Positions 25,156-33,819 of a stretch of 64,000 nucleotides of DNA are shown one piece after another. The stretch comes from Dehalococcoidia bacterium (GTDB taxonomy: Bacteria > Chloroflexota > Dehalococcoidia > Lucifugimonadales > UBA3495): assembly GCA_963667415.1 (NCBI GenBank), contig OY763410.1:656657-720656 (forward strand), read 5' to 3'. Each line of letters begins with the position of its first letter. Positions within the stretch are counted from its first letter, which is position 1. The notes beneath the pieces are model-generated. The model did not search any database and was not told the origin of the DNA. It saw nothing but the letters and a program-made list of their open reading frames with translations. Both the position numbers and the translations under genes were made by a program.

Positions 25156-28008
25156 TTACTTCAGGCGAATCAGGCTCCACCCGGCGTTCAGCAGGTCGCC
25201 CTGGAACTCCACCTGCGCCGTTGTCTCCAGCCACACGATGTCGCCGGTGCCGACGTAGGTCAGGTCGTTCAGCTCCGACAGCTCCTCCGGGACGTTGGGG
25301 TCGAACAGGTTCCACACCTGGGTCTCGTTCACGTAGCGCCACACCGCGATCAGCGACCCCTCGCTGATCAGGTCACGGAACACCCGCGCCGGGGGCCCGC
25401 TCAGCGGCAGCGGCGCAACGGTGATGGTGTGGGTCAGCACCACGCCTCCCGCCACCACCCGCAGCGGCTGGTCGCCCACCTGCGTGCCGGGGACGCGGAC
25501 CTCGACCTCGAATGCGCCGGTCTCGTCGGTGGTCGGCGCCGGGAAGGGGGTGACGTTCCTGCCGTCGATCTCGATGGGGCGCACGATGGCGAAGGGTGGC
25601 AGGTCGCGGCCGGTGATGGTCAGCAGGTCGCCTACCGAGACTTCCGCCGGCTCAGTCGCGATCGTGCTCAGCGCGGGCGAGTGGGTGGCAGACGCCGAGA
25701 CTTCTGTGCCGGAAACTTCCGCCTGCACCGTGACCGGGTACGAGCGGCCGATTTCCGCCGACAGCGGCACCCGGAACGGCAGCGACACGTTGCCGCTGGC
25801 GTTGGCGAACCCGGCGGCGACGTGGGTGTCGGCGTAGGTCACCCTCACCGGGGTGTTGGCGATGAAGCCGGTGCCGGTGACCGTGACCTCGGTGCCCGCG
25901 CGGCTCTCCGACGGCGACAACGTCACCGCCGGCTCGGGGACGGTCAGTGTGCCGGTGCCGAGGGTGTTGTTCTCGCTTTCGACGCGTACCTCGTAACTTC
26001 CAACGCGATTAATGACAGGAACAGTGACCGTGAAGGATACGAATCCAGTGGTGGAGATTTCGAATTGCTCGCTGCCATGAACCGGCACGCCGTTTATCTG
26101 GACTGATTCTATGAAGCCGCCCCGGCCGAACCCGAAGCCGGAGACGGTCACCCGCTGGCCGCGTACTGCGGTTGCGGGCGAGAGGGTGAGGGAGCGGCCT
26201 TCGATTTCGACCGTGGACTTGGTGATAGCGATGGGGTCATCGGATCTGAATTTCTGAGTTAGATTTCCGTCTAGACTTCCCCATTCCTCCTCGTTCTCAA
26301 TTCTCGAGCAGGGCTTCCTGTCTTCAGCATTATCACCGATGACCCTTCCATCTATGGAGTAGTCGAGTTGCCGGTGATCAAAGACCGCTACAGTCTGCTC
26401 CCCTGGTGGAATATCAGACGGAACGTCCACCGTCAACGTAATTCTGCCATTGATTGTAGGAGGCGAATCAGGGTGATGGATGCAATTTTCGTACTTAATT
26501 GCTTGTGATAGAAACTTTCCTTCATCGCCGCTACGTGCGTCTCTGTCGGTGAACTGCACGGATTCTCCGGCAATCTGGACCGCGACGACTTCGTCACGGT
26601 CTTCTTCCCAGTCGGTAATGATGATTTTCAGACTGGAGCCCAGACCAACCGTCGCAGGTTCGAAAGACATGGAACTCCTGATATCGAATTCCACTGTGAC
26701 GTCCTCACCCTCGCTGTCCCTGGCCCTTATCCTGTACTTGGGGCTGCCGGGTTCGCCTTGTGCCGTCAGCTTCGCCTTGAACGCGCCTCTGGACGTTTTC
26801 TCCGAAGCCAGGGTCTCGCCCGGGTCGATTCGTTCATTGTCGTTTGCGTCGTGGTAGACGGTAACCGTCCCAGCTGCGTAACCCTTGCCATCCAGGGTGA
26901 ACTCGCTGCCTCGAGCGCCTTCCGGGGGATTCAACGTGGTCGTTCTTCTGACCACAGCTTCAATTGTGTCCACTTCATCGGAAACGAATGAGGAAACCTT
27001 GATTTCGTAGATACCTGCCGAGAAAGGGTTCCTGATTCGGGCCAGGTTGGTGAATGTGATCGAGTAATAGCCCATAAACGATATCGGTTCGGTTTCTTTC
27101 TCCGGCACAGCGAAAACTACCCGCTCTCCCTGAACCACCACTTCGGATGGATTGAAGGTCTTGTTACCGTCATAGCGTACTTGAATTCTGGACGTAGATA
27201 TTGTATTCGGAACGACAAAGCCGGAGTCTGCAGACGGCCCCGAAAAATCAACAACAATTTCGTCTGTCTCACTAATGAGAGCTTCGGCGTAGGTGTGCAA
27301 TTCAACACGCACAGTGGCACTGGGAACCGTGGAGGAAATGGGGTTCTTGACGATGACGAAATTCTTGTCTGATGCCTGTACCCGGCCAGCATTGCCAGCC
27401 CCATCTTCGAAGAAGATGTCCACTTCATACGGCTGTTCGCCTTCGAAGTTGTCGAAGCCCCGGGGGGTTTCAGGCGTTTCGATGCCAGCGTCCGGTCCGA
27501 TGGTGATGGTGACGTAGTCACCCACGATTAGAGAGTTAACGCCGACTGATAGCTCAAGCTCTTTTCCGTCAACACTCGCAGCTGTTACGGTTACTGTATC
27601 GCCGTCGCTGTCGACAGCTGTAATCGAGTTTACCGGTGGGTCTGGATTTAGCAGGTCGAAGGATTGTTCGAACCCGATGATAATTCTGTCGCCTGGATCG
27701 TTATATTTTTCAAAGTCGTCAGGCAAGTATGCCTTGAAGACCAGCCCTTCTTCGCGCCCTCCATCGCGGCCCCCGTCGACTTCGAAGGAGTGTTCGTGGT
27801 AGGGCTTTTGGTGCGTAGGAGTGGAGCAAGGTACTGGCCTGCTGCGGAAGTCGTCGTGCATGTCATCGACGCCAACGCACGGGTGCGCGGCCACGCTGGC
27901 GGGGCCCGGCGGGGAGAGGGTGGCGAGGAAGAGGGCGGCGAGGAGCGTCGCGGCCAGCAGCAGCGCGATGCCGAGGTTTCTGGCGAGGTGTCGGTTTGTC
28001 TGTGCCAT
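25156..28008 (-). CDS. very large secreted repeat protein with IPT/TIG-like Ig-fold repeats
   Basis: 950 aa with a signal/TM segment (LGIALLLAATLLAALFLATL). It has repeated VTVSGFGF / VTVTGTGF / LTITGRDL modules and no enzymatic motifs. Base composition switches within the ORF. Confidence 0.75.
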   Translation of the reverse strand: MAQTNRHLARNLGIALLLAATLLAALFLATLSPPGPASVAAHPCVGVDDMHDDFRSRPVPCSTPTHQKPYHEHSFEVDGGRDGGREEGLVFKAYLPDDFEKYNDPGDRIIIGFEQSFDLLNPDPPVNSITAVDSDGDTVTVTAASVDGKELELSVGVNSLIVGDYVTITIGPDAGIETPETPRGFDNFEGEQPYEVDIFFEDGAGNAGRVQASDKNFVIVKNPISSTVPSATVRVELHTYAEALISETDEIVVDFSGPSADSGFVVPNTISTSRIQVRYDGNKTFNPSEVVVQGERVVFAVPEKETEPISFMGYYSITFTNLARIRNPFSAGIYEIKVSSFVSDEVDTIEAVVRRTTTLNPPEGARGSEFTLDGKGYAAGTVTVYHDANDNERIDPGETLASEKTSRGAFKAKLTAQGEPGSPKYRIRARDSEGEDVTVEFDIRSSMSFEPATVGLGSSLKIIITDWEEDRDEVVAVQIAGESVQFTDRDARSGDEGKFLSQAIKYENCIHHPDSPPTINGRITLTVDVPSDIPPGEQTVAVFDHRQLDYSIDGRVIGDNAEDRKPCSRIENEEEWGSLDGNLTQKFRSDDPIAITKSTVEIEGRSLTLSPATAVRGQRVTVSGFGFGRGGFIESVQINGVPVHGSEQFEISTTGFVSFTVTVPVINRVGSYEVRVESENNTLGTGTLTVPEPAVTLSPSESRAGTEVTVTGTGFIANTPVRVTYADTHVAAGFANASGNVSLPFRVPLSAEIGRSYPVTVQAEVSGTEVSASATHSPALSTIATEPAEVSVGDLLTITGRDLPPFAIVRPIEIDGRNVTPFPAPTTDETGAFEVEVRVPGTQVGDQPLRVVAGGVVLTHTITVAPLPLSGPPARVFRDLISEGSLIAVWRYVNETQVWNLFDPNVPEELSELNDLTYVGTGDIVWLETTAQVEFQGDLLNAGWSLIRLK

Positions 28009-28046
28009 GCCGCGTCAGGCGTGCCGGTGGCCGGGCCCCGGACGGC

Positions 28047-28796
28047 CTAGAAGTACGCCGCTCCGCCGTTGACGTGCAGGGTCTGTCCGGTGACGAAGCC
28101 GCAGTCGTCGGTGGCGAAGAAGACGCAGGCCGCCGCGATATCGTCGACGTGGCCCAGTCTTGCCAGCGGTATGTCCGCCGTGTCGCCCATGTTCTGACCG
28201 GGATACCAGGCCAGGTCGCGGCTGGTGTCGATGCGGCCCGGCGACACCACGTTGATGCGTATGTTGTGCGGAGCGAACTCCGAGGCCAGCCCGCGGGCCA
28301 GGCCCACGATGCCCATCTTGGCCGCCGAGACGTGGGAGCGCTCGGCCGAGCCGTTCCACGCGCCGTCGCCGGTCAGGAACACGATGCGGCCGAATCCGTT
28401 GGCCTGCATCGCGGGCAGCGCGTTGTGGGCGCAGTAGAACGCGCCGTCCAGCACCACGCCGCGCACGTGCTCCCAGTCGGCCAGCGCCAGTTCGGTGAAG
28501 GGCTTGTGAGGACGTATGGCGGCGTTGCTTATCAGCACGTCCACCTGCCCGAAGCGCTCCGCCGCCGCGGCGAACATCCGCGCCACCTGCTCGTGGTCGG
28601 ACACGTCGGCCAGCGCCGCCATGGCGTCCACGCCCAGCGCCCTGACTTCCTCGGCCACGGCTTCGGCCTCATCCTGGTTCGAACGAGCGTTGACCACCAC
28701 GTTGGCGCCCTCGCCCGCCAGCTTCAGGGCAATGGCTCGCCCTATGTTGCGTCCGGACCCGGTGACCAGAGCCGTTTTCCCTTGTAGTCGTGTCAT
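28047..28796 (-). CDS. short-chain dehydrogenase/reductase (SDR) fold protein, atypical active site
   Basis: 249 aa with a TGSGRNIGRA cofactor motif and FabG-like length. The expected S...YxxxK appears to be replaced (LTGDGA...HVSAAK). Confidence 0.8.
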   Translation of the reverse strand: MTRLQGKTALVTGSGRNIGRAIALKLAGEGANVVVNARSNQDEAEAVAEEVRALGVDAMAALADVSDHEQVARMFAAAAERFGQVDVLISNAAIRPHKPFTELALADWEHVRGVVLDGAFYCAHNALPAMQANGFGRIVFLTGDGAWNGSAERSHVSAAKMGIVGLARGLASEFAPHNIRINVVSPGRIDTSRDLAWYPGQNMGDTADIPLARLGHVDDIAAACVFFATDDCGFVTGQTLHVNGGAAYF

Positions 28797-28880
28797 GTCG
28801 GCAAACCTCTTTGCGAAAGTGATTATATGGCGTCTGCATGCCGTACAGCATATCTATTTTCTGTACAGAGTGTGAAGGAA

Positions 28881-28959
28881 GCGTGAACAATCGTTCGATC
28901 GCGTGAACGCTGTTCGCAAGCCAGCCCGCTGTTCCTTGTGCCCCCAACCGTTCCTTGTG
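28881..28959. promoter_or_regulatory. cluster of direct repeats in the SDR/cupin divergent intergenic region
   Basis: GCGTGAAC occurs at 28881 and 28901 (period 20), each copy followed by a GAAC..GTTC dyad. GTTCCTTGTG occurs at 28931 and 28950 (period 19). Confidence 0.5.
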
Positions 28960-29028
28960 GCATGGATTATACTTGCGTGGGCGCTCTGACCTTGTGCCCT
29001 TCACATAACTATTTCAGCCGTTTCGGCT

Positions 29029-29376
29029 ATGGAGATGATCATGCTGGTCCGCATTTACACCGGCGACGACGGCCAGTCCCACCTCGAAGAACTCGGTATG
29101 CCCAGCGAGGATGTGCTGCGCGTCACCACCAAGCCCGGCGAGGACCTCGTGTTCCGCCGCTCCGCCGAGAACAGCTTCAGCGACTGGCACCATCCCACCC
29201 GCCGCCAGTACCTCATCGTCCTCGAGGGACAGATGGAGGTCATTTGCGGTGACGGCACGACCCGCCAGTTCAATCCCGGCGACGTGCTGCTGGCCGAGGA
29301 CATGACCGGCCAGGGCCACCAGACCCGCGCCATCAACGGCAGCTACCGCAGCCTCAGCATGGGCATCCCCGACTAG
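29029..29376 (+). CDS. cupin domain protein
   Basis: 111-115 aa with a small beta-barrel pattern (WHHPTRRQYLIVLEGQMEV...GDVLLAED..GQGHQT). ATG 29041 has the better SD (GGAGA) than ATG 29029. Confidence 0.7.
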   Translation: MEMIMLVRIYTGDDGQSHLEELGMPSEDVLRVTTKPGEDLVFRRSAENSFSDWHHPTRRQYLIVLEGQMEVICGDGTTRQFNPGDVLLAEDMTGQGHQTRAINGSYRSLSMGIPD

Positions 29377-29439
29377 CACCTTGGCCATTTCGTCCTCCCG
29401 CCCATCCGGACGCAGCAGTCCGCCAATGAGCGCCGCCAA

Positions 29440-30741
29440 TTGGTAGCGGGCGCACCGCCTTCCTCGGCTACTCCCTCCCTGTGGAGCCGGATAACCGGGC
29501 CGTGGCAGGTTCCCTCCTTCCGCTGGTACTGGGCCGGTTCGCTGGCCCAGTCGATGTCCCAGGGCATGCAGTTCCTGGTGCTGGGATGGCTTGTGCTGGA
29601 TGTCACGGACGACAAGACACAGCTGGGCCTGACGATATCACTGTACGGCCTGCCCAACATCGCCTTCCTGATGGCTGGCGGCATCATCGCCGACCGGATG
29701 GACCGCAAGCTGCTTCTGATGGTCACGCAGGCGATGGTGGGAACGCTGATAGCCGTCCTGGCCGTGCTCACCATCACCGACAACGTGGCCCTCTGGCACA
29801 TCTATCTCTCGGCGGCCCTGCTGGGCGTGCTGCAGGCGTTGAACATGCCCGCCCGCCTGGCGATGCTCGCGGACCTCGTGGGCGAGCGCAGGCTGCTGGA
29901 CGCCGTGGCCCAGTTCAATATGGCGCAGCACGCCGGGAGGATTGTGGGGCCTCCGGTGGCCGGGGTTCTCATCGACCTGTGGGGCATGGGCGTTGTGCTG
30001 GTCCTGAACGCCGCCTGCTATGGGGCCAGCGTTCTCCTGGTGTCCATGGTGCGCGGGGCGTACAGTCGGCCCGAGGCCGGTCGCCAGCCGCTGCTGAGCC
30101 ACATAGGAGAGGGGCTGGCGATCATCCGCGATACCCCGATGATGTTGACGGTGCTCGTCATGACCTGCGTCTTCGGCGGGTTCGGGATGGCGCACCTCCA
30201 GGTGATACCCGCCTTCGCCAAGGAGCAGCTCGACAGCGGCGCATCCGAGGTCGGGCTGTTGCTGCTCGGCTCGGGAATCGGAGCACTCATCGGCAGCATG
30301 ACCCTGACGCTGATGCACCGGGCCTGGCTGTACCGCTGGCTGCTCTTCTGCCTGGTTACCTTTTCCGGACTGCTGACGCTGTTTGCCTGGAGCGGCTCCC
30401 TCGACGACCTGACCGGTTCGGCCTGGAATGGCTGGTTCTGGGTGACATGGGTGTTCGTTTTGCTGGTGGGGATTGTGGCCATTGGCTGGGTATGGCCCCT
30501 GACAACCACGATAATGCAGCTATCGTCTCCCCCGGAGCTGCGCGGCAGGGTGATGGGAGTGATCCACCTCGTACCCGGCCTGCACTTCCTTGGGGCCTGG
30601 CCCCTGACGCTGGCCGCCGCCGGAATAGGCTGGCCGCTGGCGATAACTGGAGCCGCAGGGGCCACTCTGCTCGTCGCGCTAACCTTCGGACTCGCTCGGA
30701 AGACAGGCCGTGAACTGGCTTCCCACCCGGCTTCCACTTGA
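29440..30741 (+). CDS. MFS transporter (MFS_3 / enterobactin-exporter-like), copy 1
   Basis: 433 codons with about 12 TM segments and the motifs FRWYWAGS and IADRMDRKLLL. There is no ATG near the N-terminus, so the start is uncertain (TTG 29440). Confidence 0.85.
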   Translation: MVAGAPPSSATPSLWSRITGPWQVPSFRWYWAGSLAQSMSQGMQFLVLGWLVLDVTDDKTQLGLTISLYGLPNIAFLMAGGIIADRMDRKLLLMVTQAMVGTLIAVLAVLTITDNVALWHIYLSAALLGVLQALNMPARLAMLADLVGERRLLDAVAQFNMAQHAGRIVGPPVAGVLIDLWGMGVVLVLNAACYGASVLLVSMVRGAYSRPEAGRQPLLSHIGEGLAIIRDTPMMLTVLVMTCVFGGFGMAHLQVIPAFAKEQLDSGASEVGLLLLGSGIGALIGSMTLTLMHRAWLYRWLLFCLVTFSGLLTLFAWSGSLDDLTGSAWNGWFWVTWVFVLLVGIVAIGWVWPLTTTIMQLSSPPELRGRVMGVIHLVPGLHFLGAWPLTLAAAGIGWPLAITGAAGATLLVALTFGLARKTGRELASHPAST

Positions 30742-30859
30742 TGGTGGCGCATTGCGCACCCGGCCGTCTTTTCGCGTACACTGTCGACGAATCGCCGACA
30801 ATTACGGTAGTGGAAATCCCTCCTCGTGCCCCTGAGAAACAGGCCTTGAGCAACGCGCG

Positions 30860-32161
30860 TTGGTAGCACAGTCATCCGCAACCCTGGGTAATCCGTCCTA
30901 CTGGAGCCGGATGCGGGGACCATGGCGGGTCGGCGGCTTCCGCTGGTACTGGCTGGCGTCCTTCACCCAGTCGGTGGGCCAGGGAATGCAGTTCCTCGTC
31001 CTAGGATGGCTGGTGCTGGAACTTACCGGCTCCTCCATCCAGCAACTCGGCCTTGTGGTGTTCCTTTACGGCATACCGAACACCCTGATGTTGCCTTTCG
31101 GCGGCATGATTGCCGACCGGATGAACCGCAAGCTGCTTCTCATCTTCACCCAGGCCGGCGTTGGTGTGCTCATCGGCATTACGGCGCTGCTTTCCCTTTC
31201 CGATGTCATTGCCCTTTGGCACATATACGTGGCCGTCGCCGTGCTGGGCGTGCTGCAGGCCCTGAACCAGCCGGCGCGGGTGACCATGCTCTCTGACCTG
31301 GTCGGGCATGGCGCGCTTCTCGACGCGGTGGCGCAGTTCAACGCCGCGGTACATATTGGACGCATCGTGGGCCCTCCCCTGGTCGGAATCCTCATCGACG
31401 GCGTCCCCTACATAGCCGACCGGTTCGACATCTGGGGCATCGGCACCGGGCTCTTGGCCAACGCGGCCTTCTATGGGGCCAGCGTGCTCTTCGTCCTCCC
31501 CATTCGCTGGACCTCCAGTGCCGCCGCCCCGGCTCGTGAGCCGCTGGTGCAGAACTTCATCAACGGCCTGTCGGTCATCAAGAACACCCCGGTGCTGCTG
31601 ACCGTCATCGTGCTGACCTGCTCCTTCGGCGGCTTCGGGATGTCTCACCTCCAAGTGATACCCGCCTTCGCCAAGGACCAGCTTGGGTCGGACGCCACCC
31701 GCGCCGGCCTGATGCTGCTGGCATCGGGCATCGGGTCCCTTATCGGCAACATCGCCCTGACTTTCATGAACCGCGCCTGGCTCTACCGTTGGCTGCTGGT
31801 GTGCCTCGTGACCATGGCGGTCATGCTGACCGCCTTCGGCTGGTCCACGTCCTTCTGGGTGGCCTGGGCGCTGTTCCTCGTGGTGGGAATCGTCAGCCTG
31901 GGCACCGTCTGGCCTCTGTCCACCACCATCCTGCAGCTCGCGTGCCCTGCTGAGGTTCGCGGCCGCGTGATGGGCATACTTCACTTCACCCCCGGATTCC
32001 ACTACCTGTTCGCGCTGCCGCTTTCCTTCGTTGCGGCTTCCGCCGGATGGCCGCTGGCGATAACCGGGGCCGCTGGGCTGATGCTCCTGATGACCATCTG
32101 GTTCGGCGTGGGCCGGAGCGCGGGCCGCGAGCTCGCCGCCCGCCCCGCTGCCGTGACGTGA
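30860..32161 (+). CDS. MFS transporter (MFS_3 type), copy 2 (tandem paralog)
   Basis: 433 codons, collinear with copy 1 over its full length (about 60% identity by eye). The alternative start ATG 30911 is preceded by GGAG. Confidence 0.85.
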   Translation: MVAQSSATLGNPSYWSRMRGPWRVGGFRWYWLASFTQSVGQGMQFLVLGWLVLELTGSSIQQLGLVVFLYGIPNTLMLPFGGMIADRMNRKLLLIFTQAGVGVLIGITALLSLSDVIALWHIYVAVAVLGVLQALNQPARVTMLSDLVGHGALLDAVAQFNAAVHIGRIVGPPLVGILIDGVPYIADRFDIWGIGTGLLANAAFYGASVLFVLPIRWTSSAAAPAREPLVQNFINGLSVIKNTPVLLTVIVLTCSFGGFGMSHLQVIPAFAKDQLGSDATRAGLMLLASGIGSLIGNIALTFMNRAWLYRWLLVCLVTMAVMLTAFGWSTSFWVAWALFLVVGIVSLGTVWPLSTTILQLACPAEVRGRVMGILHFTPGFHYLFALPLSFVAASAGWPLAITGAAGLMLLMTIWFGVGRSAGRELAARPAAVT

Positions 32162-32186
32162 TGCTCCAGCAGGGAGCCTTCGTCCT

Positions 32187-32215
32187 TGACACCCTGCCGC
32201 CTGATGGTTAGATTG
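32187..32215 (+). promoter_or_regulatory. candidate promoter TTGACA-N17-TAGATT for the LLM cassette
   Basis: TTGACA at 32187..32192, a 17-nt spacer, TAGATT at 32210..32215. It lies about 65 nt upstream of ATG 32282. Confidence 0.5.
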
Positions 32216-32281
32216 CGGAGCAGGCCCGTTTCCTCTTTTGGAACCGTCCGATAGCTATGTAATTTCCCAGGAGCCGCTTCG

Positions 32282-33445
32282 ATGAAAGACACTATTGAGG
32301 TATTCTGGTTTTCCGAACAGCCCTACGCCCATGTCAGCGATTCTGACCTGGAGCAGTACGACTCCGGCAGGCTGGGCTTTCCCAACACCTTCTTCGACCC
32401 GGAGAAGGCCCACGTTCTCTATAACCAGTACCATGAGCAGTACCAGCTGGCCGACGAGGTCGGCTTCGACGGCATCATGTCCAACGAGCACCACGCTTCC
32501 TACTGGTGCATGAAGCCCGCCGTCAACCTGGACGCCGCAGTCATCTCCAAGCTGACTAAGAACACGAAAATCGCCATCCTCGGCAACGTCATAGCCGTCA
32601 ACGACCCCATCCGCATGGCCGAGGAAATCGCCATGCTCGACTGCTTCTCCAACGGTCGCATCATCTCCGGCTTCGTGCGCGGCACCGCCGTCGAGAGCCT
32701 GGCCGGCGGCATCATCCCCGCTGAGAACCGCGCCCGCTTCGAAGAGGCCCACGACCTCATCATCAAGTGCTGGACCGAGCCGGGCCCCTTCCGCTACGAG
32801 GGCCAGTACTACCACTACCGGGCCGTCAACCCGTGGGTGCTGCCGGTGCAGGACCCGCACCCGCCCATCTGGTTCCCCGGCCTCTCCAGCGCGGAGAGCG
32901 TCGTTTGGGCCGCCAGCCACCAGCACCCCTATATGAACCTGGGTTCCCTCCTCGACTACACCGAGGGACTGAAGGGCGTGTACATCGACACCGCCAAGGA
33001 AGTCGGGTTCACGCCGGGGCCGGAGCACTTCGGCTACCTGCTCCGCGTGTTCTGCGCCGACACCGATGAGAAGGCCCAGCGCATCGGCGAGACCTTCCTC
33101 TGGACCGAGAACCATCGCAACCGGGGCCCCGTCGAGCACAACGACCCGCCCGGCTACCAGTCCCGCGAGGCGGTGCGCATCCAGCGACAGCTCCCGGGCG
33201 CAGGTGGCTTCGGGCGCCGCATGACCTACCAGGAACTGCAGGATGTCGACAACGTCATCGTCGGCAGCCCCGACACCGTGACCCGAAAGCTGAGCAACAT
33301 CATCGAGCGTCTGAACCCGGGATACCTGCACATCTACGGCAACGAGGGCGACATGGACCACCCCGACGTGCTGCGCTCCATCGAGCTGTTGGGCCGCGAG
33401 GTCATCCCGGCCCTGCACGAAATCCAGCTACAGCCCTACGAGTAG
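32282..33445 (+). CDS. luciferase-like (LLM class) flavin-dependent oxidoreductase
   Basis: 387 aa with an LLM-type TIM-barrel pattern (FDGIMSNEHH...ILGNVIAVNDPIRMAEEIAMLD..SNGRIISGF). SD AGGAG lies upstream. Confidence 0.85.
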   Translation: MKDTIEVFWFSEQPYAHVSDSDLEQYDSGRLGFPNTFFDPEKAHVLYNQYHEQYQLADEVGFDGIMSNEHHASYWCMKPAVNLDAAVISKLTKNTKIAILGNVIAVNDPIRMAEEIAMLDCFSNGRIISGFVRGTAVESLAGGIIPAENRARFEEAHDLIIKCWTEPGPFRYEGQYYHYRAVNPWVLPVQDPHPPIWFPGLSSAESVVWAASHQHPYMNLGSLLDYTEGLKGVYIDTAKEVGFTPGPEHFGYLLRVFCADTDEKAQRIGETFLWTENHRNRGPVEHNDPPGYQSREAVRIQRQLPGAGGFGRRMTYQELQDVDNVIVGSPDTVTRKLSNIIERLNPGYLHIYGNEGDMDHPDVLRSIELLGREVIPALHEIQLQPYE

Positions 33446-33489
33446 CAGGCAGGCGGTTCGTCGCCCCGGTTCCGGAGCGGGAGAAACTG

Positions 33490-33780
33490 GTGCAGCAACC
33501 GAGCGCTACACTCGTTATCACGGTGAACACCACCAGCGGTGGGCCGTGGCAGCACGTGTACCTCCTTCCGGAGGACAGAGGACTGCGGGACGAGATAGTA
33601 AGCGACATAAACAAGAAAATCGCGCTTCTGGAACAATCGACCGGAATAATTTTTCTGCCGAACCCGTCCGCCGTGTACAACGTCAGCAACATTGTGCGTT
33701 TCGGATGGAGCCTCACCAGCCCTTCGCAACGGGATGTGGACGAAGTCGAACGGCAGCTCGGCCTCAACATACCCCGGTAA
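33490..33780 (+). CDS. hypothetical 96-aa protein between two LLM genes
   Basis: GTG 33490 is preceded by GGGAGA at 5-nt spacing. No family was recognised. It is visibly AT-richer than the flanking genes, and the only competing ORFs are antisense shadows. Confidence 0.5.
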   Translation: MQQPSATLVITVNTTSGGPWQHVYLLPEDRGLRDEIVSDINKKIALLEQSTGIIFLPNPSAVYNVSNIVRFGWSLTSPSQRDVDEVERQLGLNIPR

Positions 33781-33819
33781 TCGCCTGGAACGAAAACAAA
33801 GGCACCAACGGAGAAGACC

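Noticed and set aside
32255-33418. 387-aa minus-strand ORF exactly mirroring the LLM gene 32282..33445
   Set aside because: It is an antisense shadow with Gly/Val/Ala/Asp/His-rich low-complexity content. The LLM motifs are on the plus strand.
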